The notes: generated from the letters alone by a model not told the origin. DNA of 63,675 bases, filler included, from Octopus bimaculoides (GCF_001194135.2; 6 parts of 6 records of this genome joined end to end with filler, not necessarily neighbours in it), one strand, 5' to 3'. Positions 49,810 to 61,574 are shown, numbered from the whole stretch's first letter. Made by a program: numbers and translations.

Positions 49810-50250
49810 ATCATCATCATCATTGTTTAACGTCCGCTTTCCATGCTAGCATGGGTTGGATGATTTGACTGAAGACTGGTGGAGCCCGAAGGCTACACCA
49901 GGCTCCAATCTGACTTGGCAGAGTTTCTACAGCTGGATGCCCTTCCTAACGCCAACCACTCAGAGAGTGTAGTGGGTGCTTTTACATGTCACCCGCACGA
50001 AGGCCAGTCAGGAGGTACTGGCAACGGCCACGCTCAAAATGGTGTATTTTATGTGCCGCCCGCACAAGAGCCAGTCCAGGGATATTGGCAACGATCTTGC
50101 TCGAAAGTCCTTACACATGCTGCAGGCACAAGTGCCAGAAAGGCGACGCTGGGCACAGGTGCCATCCCGATTTCGCTTTCGCTTGCCCCAATAAGTCTTT
50201 GCAAGCTGAGTCTCATGTCCAATGAAGGAGACGACGTTAGCATGGGTGCC
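49810..50250 (-). mobile_element. Non-autonomous bipartite RTE-type element or SINE with (GAT)n tail
   Basis: The minus strand has GGTTGGCGTTAGGAAGGGCATCCAGCTGTAGAAAC (RTE 5' UTR-like, from recall) joined to CCCATGCTAGCATGGAAAGCGGACGTTAAACAATGATGATGA. Confidence 0.7.
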
Positions 50251-50267
50251 AACACACACTCATACAT

Positions 50268-50319
<52 letters not shown>

Positions 50320-50931
50320 GTACATATATATATATACATAGATATATATGCATATATGTGTGTGTGTGTCCTTGCCATGATATTGCAGGCCAATTGTAAA
50401 CAAACAAATGATGGTGCTTGTTTATTGTCTTCCATGAAAAGATATCCAGGCTAGAGGGAAATATTATCTGAGATGGAAAGAGGTGATGGTGGTTGGCAAC
50501 TGACCATAGAACATCAATGAACCTCAGTGAATCTCATTTAACCCATGCAAGCATCAAAAAATGGTTGTTAAATCGAAGACAATGATGTATGTATGTATAT
50601 ATGTATATATGTGTTATGTGAGCATGTGGACTACATTTATTTGAAAATATCAGAAAAAGAAAATTATAACTAAAATAGAACATAGGTTATAAATAAAAAT
50701 TATGTAAACGAATAAACACACATATTTTATAATTAGTCATTTAACGAGCCATGTATATCATATAGTAATGCAACAAGAAGCTGAGTTAGTAGCACTTCAA
50801 GTGATTAAATGGTTAAAGTGCTATGAGGTCATTTAATATAACTATTTTAATGACTTCACCTCAACAAATCTAATTAATTATGTTGTATATTTGGTGAAAC
50901 ATCTAAAATAACAAGGCAAACTGTTATGGAA

Positions 50932-51021
<90 letters not shown>

Positions 51022-51673
51022 ACAATAGAACATAGTTTATTTATTCCNNNNNNNNNNNNNNNNNNNNNNNNNNNNNNNNNNNNNNNNNNNNNNNNNNNNN
51101 NNNNNNNNNNNNNNNNNNNNNNNNNNNNNNNNNNNNNNNNNNNNNNNNNNNNNNNNNNNNNNNNNNNNNNNNNNNNNNNNNNNNNNNNNNNNNNNNNNNN
51201 NNNNNNNNNNNNNNNNNNNNNNNNNNNNNNNNNNNNNNNNNNNNNNNNNNNNNNNNNNNNNNNNNNNNNNNNNNNNNNNNNNNNNNNNNNNNNNNNNNNN
51301 NNNNNNNNNNNNNNNNNNNNNNNNNNNNNNNNNNNNNNNNNNNNNNNNNNNNNNNNNNNNNNNNNNNNNNNNNNNNNNNNNNNNNNNNNNNNNNNNNNNN
51401 NNNNNNNNNNNNNNNNNNNNNNNNNNNNNNNNNNNNNNNNNNNNNNNNNNNNNNNNNNNNNNNNNNNNNNNNNNNNNNNNNNNNNNNNNNNNNNNNNNNN
51501 NNNNNNNNNNNNNNNNNNNNNNNNNNNNNNNNNNNNNNNNNNNNNNNNNNNNNNNNNNNNNNNNNNNNNNNNNNNNNNNNNNNNNNNNNNNNNNNNNNNN
51601 NNNNNNNNNNNNNNNNNNNNNNNNNNNNNNNNNNNNNNNNNNNNNNNNNNNNNNNNNNNNNNNNNNNNNNNNN

Positions 51674-51815
51674 GGTTCAGCAAATGAGACCACTAGAATA
51701 AGTACTAGGCTTAAAGAAAAAAGTCCTGGAGATGATTTGTTTGACTAAAACCCTTTAAGGTGATGTCCCAGCATGGCCACAGTCTCATGAGAAACAAATA
51801 AAAGATAAAAGATAT
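51674..51815 (+). mobile_element. SINE family A 3' module following an N gap
   Basis: GGTTCAGCAAATGAGACCACTAGAATAAGTACTAGGCTT...CCAGCATGGCCACAGTC. Confidence 0.85.
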
Positions 51816-51827
51816 TTATATATGTGT

Positions 51828-51868
<41 letters not shown>

Positions 51869-51884
51869 GGCACATTAAAAAAGA

Positions 51885-52185
51885 GGGCACTGTCAGTTAA
51901 TATGACAAGTGTTCCAGTTGATATGATCTACCAAACAGCCAGCTCATGAAATTAACGTTCAAGTGACTGAGCACTCCACGAATAAACATAGATTTAATGT
52001 AGTTCTCAGGGAGATTTTATAATGTGACATGGCTGACCCTTGGCTTAAATTACAGGTACAACCCATTTCTGTCAGCTGAATAGACAGAAGCAATGTGAAA
52101 TGAAGTGTTTTGCTCACCAGGAATTGAACTCATGTCATTACTATCATGAGCTGAATACCGTGGCCACGAAGCCATGTGCCTTCAC
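51885..52185 (-). mobile_element. Chimeric SINE: family F head/CORE-like part joined to a family C 3' tail
   Basis: 52045-52185 matches 17520-17660. 51885-52045 is a diverged reverse complement of the C tail (e.g. TGAAATTAACGTTCAAGTGACTGAGCACTCCAC). Confidence 0.75.
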
Positions 52186-52254
52186 TATACACAAGTATAT
52201 AGGTAGATACATAGATAGGTAGTTATAATATATGTATGTATGTACATGTGTGTG

Positions 52255-52634
52255 TGGAGGGACAATGGCCCAGTGGTTAGGGCAGCGGACTCACGGTCGT
52301 AGGATTGCTGTTTCGATTCCCAGACCGGGCATTGTGAGTGTTTATTGAGCAAAAACACCTAAAGCTGCACGAGGCTCCGGTGGGGCATGGGGGAGAACCC
52401 TGCTATACTCTTCCACCACAACTTTCTCTCACTCTTACTTCCTGTTTCTGTTGTGCCTGTAAATCAAAGGGTCAGCCTTGTCACACTGTATCACGCTGAA
52501 TATCCCCGAGAACTACGTTAAGGGTACACGTGTCTGTGGAGTGCTCAGTCACTTGCACGTTAATTTCGCAAGCAGGCTGTTCCGTTGATTGGATCAATTG
52601 GAACCTTTGACATCGTAAGCGATGGAGTGCCAAC
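52255..52634 (+). mobile_element. SINE family C, full length
   Basis: Collinear with 13581-13950, and retains about 15 bp missing from that copy. Confidence 0.9.
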
Positions 52635-52640
52635 ACACAC

Positions 52641-52674
<34 letters not shown>

Positions 52675-54181
52675 ATGATTACCTCCAACAAATACCAGAC
52701 AAACCACCAACACCTGGATATGTCTCTGAAAACAATAACTCACTACTCAAATGGGCTATGGTGCCCAAGAGCTGATTGTGTATCTCTTCCAGCTGGTGCT
52801 ATTAAATTAGACATAGCTCGGGACAACTTCGGCCAAAGCTTATCTAAGTAATCTAAGTAATTTATATATATATATATATATGTATGATATGACTAATCAT
52901 TTATGAATTTTCTCAAATTGTCCTGCCCGCCTACATTCAACGTGCCAAAATAAGAATAGCTTTATCGGGGTTTGGGATTTAACTCCCAATTCTAGCATCA
53001 TGGCAAACCACTTAGTGGCTTTCCTTTAGTGTATAATTCTTATACATACACACATATAATATAATGATATTTAGAGTCTACAGACATTTTCACTCTCACT
53101 GGCGACTGGTAAAAAATTATGCATATAGCGTACGATAATCGCCGACCTTCGATGAGAATGACAATCCCTTGGCAATATATAAGTCTTTTTCCAGTGAAGT
53201 TATTCACTGATATCGAAAAAGTGAAAACAAGCAATGTTAAATCTCTGAACGAGGTGTTAACAGTAACTGCACGATAAAGTGAAGTATATTTGCCATTTAA
53301 ATGTGGCTGACCCCTAAGGGTGGATGTTACTGTTGCTTTTAGCCCCAGGAGAACATCTCCTCCAGCTGGCTTAGCGACACATATCTGTGTCCTGTCTATT
53401 TNNNNNNNNNNNNNNNNNNNNNNNNNNNNNNNNNNNNNNNNNNNNTTAATTAATTAANNNNNNNNNNNNNNNNNNNNNNNNNNNNNNNNNNNNNNNNNNN
53501 NATAAATTCAATACAAAGAAAAACAATTTCCTTTATAGGAAATACCCAATATGGTAGAGAACATTTTTTCACAACGCCAAAAGGGTATATATTCAATGTA
53601 CAAAAATTAAGAGAAAATGGTGATTTACGATTGACATGTTTTAAATATAATTTACTAACCTAATATTATATTACAATAAATATAATATGATATAATATGA
53701 ACAGAAATACAAATATTAATCCTACAAATTCCGAATTTATACCCAATAATGAATTTATAAAAAATTCATGCTTATGGGTAAGAATCGCTTCAGGGAAATA
53801 TGTATGGATTCATCTTTCTACTTTACATATATCCATCCTACTATAGGCACAAGGCCTGACATTTTGGGGAGGGAGGAAAGTCGATTACATCGATGTTTTA
53901 AAAACTAGTTTTATAGATACTTTCAAAGGTACAATATTGACTTGTAACACTTTTGATATACTTGGTAGTATACGTATTATGGCTGCAAAAAGAAACACTG
54001 TGTGCTTGCTAGTAGTGAATATTTTCGTACTAGCTGCAAGGAATGTGCTGAACATCTAAATTGCTCTATGGGTTGGATGTGGTGCTGATGAAAGAGCAAT
54101 AACTCTTGAGATATGTATATACACGCATTACCTGTGTTTTCTATCTTCGATCGCATAGGTTGCATATGCATACGTATTATC

Positions 54182-54240
<59 letters not shown>

Positions 54241-54916
54241 TTATATTGCTAATCACAGCTTTTTATTCTCTGCAATTCTCAAGCGTAATCCAAACACCAA
54301 AATATAATCACTTCTTTCAGATCTTACCGAAATTCTAATCAACGAGAACCGAAAAATGTTAGTGTGTTATCGGTGTTGTTGTTGTTGTTGTTGTTGTTGT
54401 TGCTATTGTTGTTGTTGATTTTATTCCTCTTTGCTTTAAAATATTTCTTTCATAACTTCGATACTACATAACGATTACGTCACCAAACGCATTAGTTATG
54501 CAAACGGTTCGCAGAGGAAAAAAACAAACAAAACACCTAGCTATCAAATATATAAACATACGTGAAATACGTAGCCTTAACAATTTATTCGGTGGTTCCT
54601 CGGATAAATAAATAAACAAATACATATATATGAAGAAATTAATGACTAGTTAAATAAATAAAGCAAGTAATAGGAGAAACAATAAGAGAATTATAATAAG
54701 AAATAAAGAAAACAATACGCCAGCAGTGTGCTTGTAAGTAAACAACCGGTATTTTCATCGAAATTGCAGACATTGTTTATAACTCAGGAGTGGAGATTCG
54801 CAACTGGCAGAAAGTGTGATACATACATACATGCATACATACATACATACATACATACATACACACATACACACATACATACATACATACATACATACAT
54901 ACATGCATATATACTC

Positions 54917-55012
<96 letters not shown>

Positions 55013-55189
55013 GACTATTTGTCTGTCTGTCTGTCTATGTATCTATCTATACACAGAAATATATACATAGACATATATGTGTGTTCTGTGTGTATACACA
55101 AGTACGTTTATATCTATATTTATACACACACACACACACATATATATATATGCGCACACAAACTCACATGCATATATACACATGTACAT

Positions 55190-55254
<65 letters not shown>

Positions 55255-55606
55255 CATTTGTATATCATATATGTATGTATGTTTATATAATGTGCTGTTC
55301 CGTTATTAGTGGGATCAGCAATAAAACACTCCATCCAGTGAGAGATACATTTCCTTTAATATAAACAAGATTTAAATTCGAGCTACCATTAGTGCCAGGG
55401 TGTGAATTTCGCAGCAATCTTTCGGACTCAAACATACAGTGTCCATTCTGGTTTTGTTTTTTTCTTTCTTCTTTGTTTTTTCCTCAGACATGCCGTGTTA
55501 CCTATTTGAGTCTGAAAAATTGCTTGGAAACACACAGCACACTATACAAGCTTCTCCGATCATTGTGTTTTGTCCGCATGAAACCAATATAGCTCGATTT
55601 TAAACC

Positions 55607-55681
<75 letters not shown>

Positions 55682-56364
55682 ACTCGGAATTTCGTCTGTC
55701 AATAAACCAAAGCTCCGAAGAGACTTATATAAATGGATATGTATTGTTTATAAATCAAATATTGTATATAAGTCAAAACAAATTGTTGGCTATATTGGAT
55801 TTTAATGATTTTCTAATGTTATATTATATTATATTCGTAGTATACTATGTTATATTATAACATAAATAAATTGTTGAATTGTCAATTGAATCTCAATATT
55901 TAATTTATTGTTTGTAATTTGCATTATATCTATATTCATACGGTATTCAACTGACGTACCAGTGAATTAGATGTTTTACACTCCCCTTTGAAGGAATTCC
56001 TTTCCTTAGTTTGTAACTTTATATGCATATACATATATGTATAAATATGCATACACACACACACACATACACAGAATATGCAGTCTGGGTTATAATCCAA
56101 GCTGTGTCTTCAGGAAGCATATCTGTATATTCCAGTACTCCAAAACTGTATGTAGATTGCATGAGGCATTAAATAGGTACATTTCAAGTTTGCGTAATAT
56201 ATGTAATAAGTAATGCATGCATTACGTAAACTTTCCTCAGTTAAAGTATTACAATAATTTGGAATAGTTTGTTATATGTTACTCGAGCTGAAAATTCCGG
56301 TACCGTGCCCCGCTTCTTAGCATAACACGAAATATATGTGTGTGTGTGTACGGCGTTATGGTGG

Positions 56365-56576
56365 GGAGATGTGCTTGAAAGTTCCTGGCTTTAAGAGTAT
56401 CGCGAAAGTCCTGGTTGAAGCCTCAACTTTCCGAGTACTTTTACAGGGATTAGAAAACCTAAAGGACTGATGCAATAAGTGTGAATCTGAGAGGGGAATA
56501 CTTCGAATAAAACCATAATTAACTGATCCTCCTGTGTTTTTTTTTACCCAAAGTCAAGGAACTTTTTAGCATCCCT
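56365..56576 (+). mobile_element. Mariner-derived MITE with both TIRs
   Basis: GATGTGCTTGAAAGTTCCTGGCTTT ... AAAGTCAAGGAACTTTTTAGCATCCC; internal part homologous to 41660-41826. Confidence 0.75.
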
Positions 56577-56581
56577 TCATG

Positions 56582-56633
<52 letters not shown>

Positions 56634-57441
56634 CACATATTACTCGTTGGAATTCAACGAAATCATCACAGAATAATGGCAACAGTTATTAGCGCGTGGT
56701 GTGTAAGAAGCGTGAGGTTCCATAAAACAATGCAGAAACTACGGCCATTTACCAAATTCATGTAAACTTTCACTGTTTTAAATTATTAGCGATGTGAAAA
56801 TACCAATTTAATTGTTTGTTGTACATACTGAAATGAATACATACAGTCATATNNNNNNNNNNNNNNNNNNNNNNNNNNNNNNNNNNNNNNNNNNNNNNNN
56901 NNNNNNNNNNNNNNNNNNNNNNNNNNNNNNNNNNNNNNNNNNNNNNNNNNNNNNNNNNNNNNNNNNNNNNNNNNNNNNNNNNNNNNNNNNNNNNNNNNNN
57001 NNNNNNNNNNNNNNNNNNNNNNNNNNNNNNNNNNNNNNNNNNNNNNNNNNNNNNNNNNNNNNNNNNNNNNNNNNNNNNNNNNNNNNNNNNNNNNNNNNNN
57101 NNNNNNNNNNNNNNNNNNNNNNNNNNNNNNNNNNNNNNNNNNNNNNNNNNNNNNNNNNNNNNNNNNNNNNNNNNNNNNNNNNNNNNNNNNNNNNNNNNNN
57201 NNNNNNNNNNNNNNNNNNNNNNNNNNNNNNNNNNNNNNNNNNNNNNNNNNNNNNNNNNNNNNNNNNNNNNNNNNNNNNNNNNNNNNNNNNNNNNNNNNNN
57301 NNNNNNNNNNNNNNNNNNNNNNNNNNNNNNNNNNNNNNNNNNNNNNNNNNNNNNNNNNNNNNNNNNNNNNNNNNNNNNNNNNNNNNNNNNNNNNNNNNNN
57401 NNNNNNNNNNNNNNNNNNNNNNNNNNNNNNNNNNNNNNNNN

Positions 57442-57553
57442 CTTCTTCTTCTTCTTCTTCTTCTTCTTCTTCTTCTTCTTCTTCTTCTTCTTCTTCTTCT
57501 TCTTCTTCTTCTTCTTCTTCTTCTTCTTCTTCTTCTTCTTCTTCTTCTTCTTC
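57442..57553. repeat. Pure (CTT)n trinucleotide tract bordering an N gap
   Basis: About 37 uninterrupted units. Confidence 0.97.
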
Positions 57554-57824
57554 GTTCTCTATACGCCGCACACACTCTCTCTCTTTGCTCTATGCTCTTT
57601 GCTTATGGAATATATCGGCTGTGATCAGGCCTGTAGGAGGATGGGCCCCACGAGTTCTGAAAATGCCAAAGCCAGGCCATATGTCATGACAGCACCTTCA
57701 TGACTTCATATACAGACGTGTGCATAGTGCACACAACACATACGCACATACAGATATATACATACATATATTTAAACATTTTATTTTCTCTCTCTCTATT
57801 TTCTCTCTTTTTATTTTTATTTTC

Positions 57825-57978
57825 TCTCTCTGCTTCTTTCTGTGTTCCTTTTTGTTGAAGAGCGTAGGCTCGAAGCGTATAAGACTTTCTCGCTTCCCGA
57901 GCGTTAAACTAATACATCTGTTTGTTGTTTACATACCCGTCTTCGTCTTTTGTTTTATTTATTTTTTTTGTAAATTCC

Positions 57979-57985
<7 letters not shown>
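57825..57985 (+). mobile_element. Repeat family E, second copy (hammerhead-like motif mutated)
   Basis: CCTTT-TTGTTGA-A-GAGC-GTAG-GCTC-GAAG-CGTA-TAAG at 57847-57883. Confidence 0.85.
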
Positions 57986-58012
<27 letters not shown>

Positions 58013-58374
58013 GGTCTGTGATCTTAAGAGTTATAAGATTCGTGGAAACGCGCGTAGCGATGAATTAAATGTTTATAAATTCTATCAAAGGGTTAATGCA
58101 ATTATTATTATATTTATCCTACATCATATTGGTACAACCTGGTGCAACCTAAAAACACGGGTTCACCTGTCAGCATCATTACACTGTGGCCGGCAAGGAA
58201 TAGGAGCTTTAATTGCATATTCACAACGTTTTCTATTAACAAAATTAATATATATATGTGTATATATATATATANNNNNNNNNNNNNNNNNNNNNNNNNN
58301 NNNNNNNNNNNNNNNNNNTTAATTAATTAANNNNNNNNNNNNNNNNNNNNNNNNNNNNNNNNNNNNNNNNNNNN

Positions 58375-58410
<36 letters not shown>

Positions 58411-58413
58411 ATA

Positions 58414-58820
58414 AAGGCAGCAAGCTGGCAGAATTGTCAGCATGCCAAGATGAAGTGCTTAGTGGTATTTTGTCTGCCAATACGTTCTGAGTTCAGATTC
58501 TGTTGCCGTCGACTTTGCCTTTCATCCTTTTAGGCGTCGATGAATTAAGTACCAGATACGCACTGGAGGAATCAAGGTGATCTACTGTTTCCTCCTCCCC
58601 CTAAAATCCAGGCTTTGTACCTATAGTAGAAAGAATTATTGTTAGGGTGGCAAGCTGGTAGAGTCGTTCAAATTCTGCCAAGGTTAACTCTGCCTTCCAT
58701 CCTTAAGGGGATGATAAATATACGTAACAGTGAAATACTGGGGGGGTCAATGTAATCGACTAGCGCCCCCCCCCAAGATTTCAGGTCTTGTACCTTTAGC
58801 AGAAGGGGATGTTATGATTA
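58414..58820 (+). mobile_element. Two tandem SINE B copies (58414 and 58644) upstream of the first visible CNOT6 exon
   Basis: B core present; first copy preceded by (ATT)n. Confidence 0.85.
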
Positions 58821-58853
58821 TTATTTTTGTTTTTGTTTTTTTGACCTTTTCAG

Positions 58854-59008
58854 GAGGTGGAAACTGACCAGTTCTATAACTTCTTCCTACCTGAACTGAA
58901 GAGAGACGGTTACAACGGAATCTTCTCACCAAAGTCACGGGCTCGCACCATGAGTGAACAGGAAAGAAAGCATGTTGATGGGTGTGCTATATTCTTCAGG
59001 GAAGCCAA
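58854..59008 (+). CDS. CNOT6: CCR4-NOT deadenylase CCR4/CNOT6(L), internal exon (phase 0 to 2)
   Basis: ttttcag|EVETDQFYNFFLPELKRDGYNGIFSPKSRARTMSEQERKHVDGCAIFFREA(K)|gtaag. Closely matches vertebrate CNOT6 as recalled. Absent from the ORF track. Confidence 0.96.
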
Positions 59009-59046
59009 GTAAGATCGACTTTTGGTTATTTTTCCTCTTTTACTTC

Positions 59047-59271
59047 AAGGCGGTGGGCTGGCAGAAACGTTAGCACGCCGGGCGGAATGCTTAGCGGTAT
59101 TTCGTCTGTCTTTACGTTCTGAGTTCAAATTCTGCCGAGGTCGACTTTGCCTTTCATCCTTTTGGGGTTGATAAAATAAGTACCAGTTGTGCATGCGCTG
59201 GGGTCGATGTAATAGACTTAAACCCCTTCCCCCAAATTCCAGGCCTTATGCCTATAGTAGAAAGGATTATG

Positions 59272-59315
<44 letters not shown>

Positions 59316-59523
59316 GGTGGTGAGCTGGCAGAATTGTTAGCACGGTGGACAAAATGCTTAGTTGCAGGTTTTCCATTTTTGCGTTCTTAGTTCAAATTCT
59401 GCCGAGGTTAGACTTTGCCATTTGTCCTTTCAGGGGGTTAATGAAATAAGTACCAGTTGTATACTGGGGATCATAACCCCTTCCCCACCAAATTTCAGGC
59501 CTTGTACCTTTAATAGAAAGAAT
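59047..59523 (+). mobile_element. Two tandem SINE B copies (59047 and 59314) separated by (ATT)n, in a CNOT6 intron
   Basis: B core present twice. Confidence 0.92.
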
Positions 59524-59578
59524 CGTTGTTGTTGGTGTTAATTGTTAATTTTATTTGGTGACCCTTCTCTTTGGACAG

Positions 59579-59730
59579 GTTCCATTTCATTAAGGAATAT
59601 CTGATTGAGTTCAACCAGCTGGCTATGGCTAATGCCGAGGGCAATGATGATATGCTTAACAGGGTGATGACCAAGGACAACATTGGTCTGGCTGCACTCC
59701 TTGAGGTCAAGGAGCCTCATTATGAAACTG
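59579..59730 (+). CDS. CNOT6: CCR4/CNOT6 internal exon (phase 2 to 1)
   Basis: ggacag|(K)FHFIKEYLIEFNQLAMANAEGNDDMLNRVMTKDNIGLAALLEVKEPHYET(G)|gtaac. Phases join correctly to both neighbours. Confidence 0.96.
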
Positions 59731-59784
59731 GTAACGCACTTTTCCTTTCTCTACTCCATAACACAATGACACCGCATCTTCACC

Positions 59785-60012
59785 CTTTCTCTCTTTTGCT
59801 TTTTCTTCTCTCTCCTTTTTTCTCCTTTCTCTCCTTTTTCTCTTTTCTCCCCTTTTTTCTCTTTTCTCCCCTTTTTTCTCTTTTCTCCCCTTTTTTCTCT
59901 TTTCTCCCCTTTTTTTCTTTTCTCCCCTTTTTTTCTCTTTTCTCTCCTTTTTTCTCTTCTCTCCCCTTTTTTCTCTTTTCTCCCCTTTTTTCTCTTTTCT
60001 CTCTCTCCTTTT
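59785..60012. repeat. Intronic pyrimidine minisatellite (about 19-20-bp unit, TTTTCTCCCCTTTTTTCTC)
   Basis: About 230 bp almost free of purines on the + strand. Confidence 0.9.
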
Positions 60013-60089
60013 TACTCAAAACCCTCATTTGTTTTCTCCGAAACCTCATCAAATCCCAGCATTCACTTTGACCCCTTTCTTTCTCCTAG

Positions 60090-60320
60090 GAATGCCAGCT
60101 GATCGACTCCGGGGTCAGCCGTTGCTTGTAGCCACGGCCCACATCCACTGGGACCCAGAATACTCCGATGTGAAGCTTATTCAGACAATGATGCTGATGT
60201 GGGAGCTAAAACAGATCATCGAAGACACGTGCCGGGGTTACGGCTTGACTGCTCCCACCATCGACTGCAATGCCATTCCTTTGCTGTTGTGTGGAGATCT
60301 CAATTCACTGCCAAATTCAG
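60090..60320 (+). CDS. CNOT6: CCR4/CNOT6 internal exon with HIHWDP and GDLNS catalytic motifs (phase 1 to 1)
   Basis: ctcctag|(G)MPADRLRGQPLLVATAHIHWDPEYSDVKLIQTMML...IPLLLCGDLNSLPNS(G)|gtgagt. Confidence 0.97.
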
Positions 60321-60450
60321 GTGAGTCCTTTGACCTCAAGCCCCCAAAACCTCTCTCAATTCACTGCCAAATTCAGGTGAGTCCTTTGACCTCAAACCCC
60401 AAAAACCTCTCTCAATTCACTGCCAAATTCGGGCGAGTTTTTCACCCCTA
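60299..60450 (+). repeat. 56-bp tandem repeat spanning the exon end and splice donor (2 near-perfect units plus 1 degenerate)
   Basis: Units start CTCAATTCACTGCCAAATTC at 60299, 60355 and 60411. Confidence 0.95.
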
Positions 60451-60849
60451 AGCACAAAAGTCCACTCCCTATTCATTATCAGTTTCAGCTGTATTTGTTT
60501 GCCCAAAATCAAAATCCCTCTCATTTCGCTACTGAAGTCCTTTCTCTGTTCACTGTCAATTTCAGCTGAGTTTGTTACCCCTAAGCCCAAACCCTCTCTC
60601 ATTTTTCTACCAACCCTAAACACAAAGTCCTTTCTCTTGTTCACTGTCAATTTCAGCTGTCCATTTCTTGCTGAGTGTCTTCCCGACACCTAGGGTAAAG
60701 AAACTCACTGTATACATTGGTAGGCCATTAAGATAAACACATCAGATTGTTCATTTACAAAGTCATGTGATAGAAAAAAGGGGGAAAAAAGAATTGTTGT
60801 TGTTGTTGTTATTATTACTATTGTTATTGTGTGTTTTTGTTTTGTGCAG

Positions 60850-61027
60850 GAGTTGTGGAGTACCTAAGTACAGGGAAAGTAGCAGCTGACCATCTTGACT
60901 TCAAGGAGTACGCCTATCGTTCTTCGTTACGCAAGATAAGTACTGCTGAAGGAAAAGATGCCTTGGCTCACAGCTTCCGCCTGTGCCGGGCCTACCAAGG
61001 GGACACAATGCCATTCACTAACTATAC
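60850..61027 (+). CDS. CNOT6: CCR4/CNOT6 internal exon (phase 1 to 2)
   Basis: tgtgcag|(G)VVEYLSTGKVAADHLDFKEYAYRSSL...AHSFRLCRAYQGDTMPFTNY(T)|gtaagt. Confidence 0.96.
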
Positions 61028-61443
61028 GTAAGTAAACTGACCATGTTTGGCACCTTTTGGGGGGCCTGGTGGTGGGGTTAGGGTCACCTGTATTGAGGGC
61101 ACTGGGCTTTTGGTGCTGGGAAAGTTTTAGGATGGCTGGTGGTGACTTGGGAGTTGTAGAAGTGACCAGTGCGGACGTGAGTGTTCTGGAGTGATTGGTG
61201 GTTCATTGAGACCATTTTGGAGTGACCAACAGTGTTGTGGATGTTCTAGAATGACCAGCAACATCTTGTGAGTGTTAGGAGTGGCTGATGGTGGCATAAG
61301 AATTCTAGAGTGACCAGTGGGTGTGTGGTTATTCTTGAGTGACCAGCAGTAACAGAGGATTGACCAGTAGTGATAGAGGAGTCCCAGGTAAAGTTATTCT
61401 TCTATAATAATTCCATTCACATCTAGGATGTTTTATAAGAATA

Positions 61444-61574
61444 TTGACCTTTTAGCATGTAAGCTGATCATGTCCAGTCCAAATATTCTATGTTCAAACT
61501 GGTCAGATCCAGCCTTTCACATCTACCCTACAATGTCATTGTAAAAATTAACAATCACACCATCAAAGTCTAGA
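61444..61574 (+). mobile_element. Probable left part of a piggyBac-type MITE, cut by a SINE A insertion
   Basis: TTGACCTTTTAGCATGTAAGCTG resembles a TTAACCCTTTAGCA terminus. No right end is visible before the join. Confidence 0.45.

Noticed and set aside
59571-60451. ORF-track products 59571-60071 and 60029-60451 as complete proteins
   Set aside because: They are single CNOT6 exons read through into intronic repeats; the spliced model explains them.
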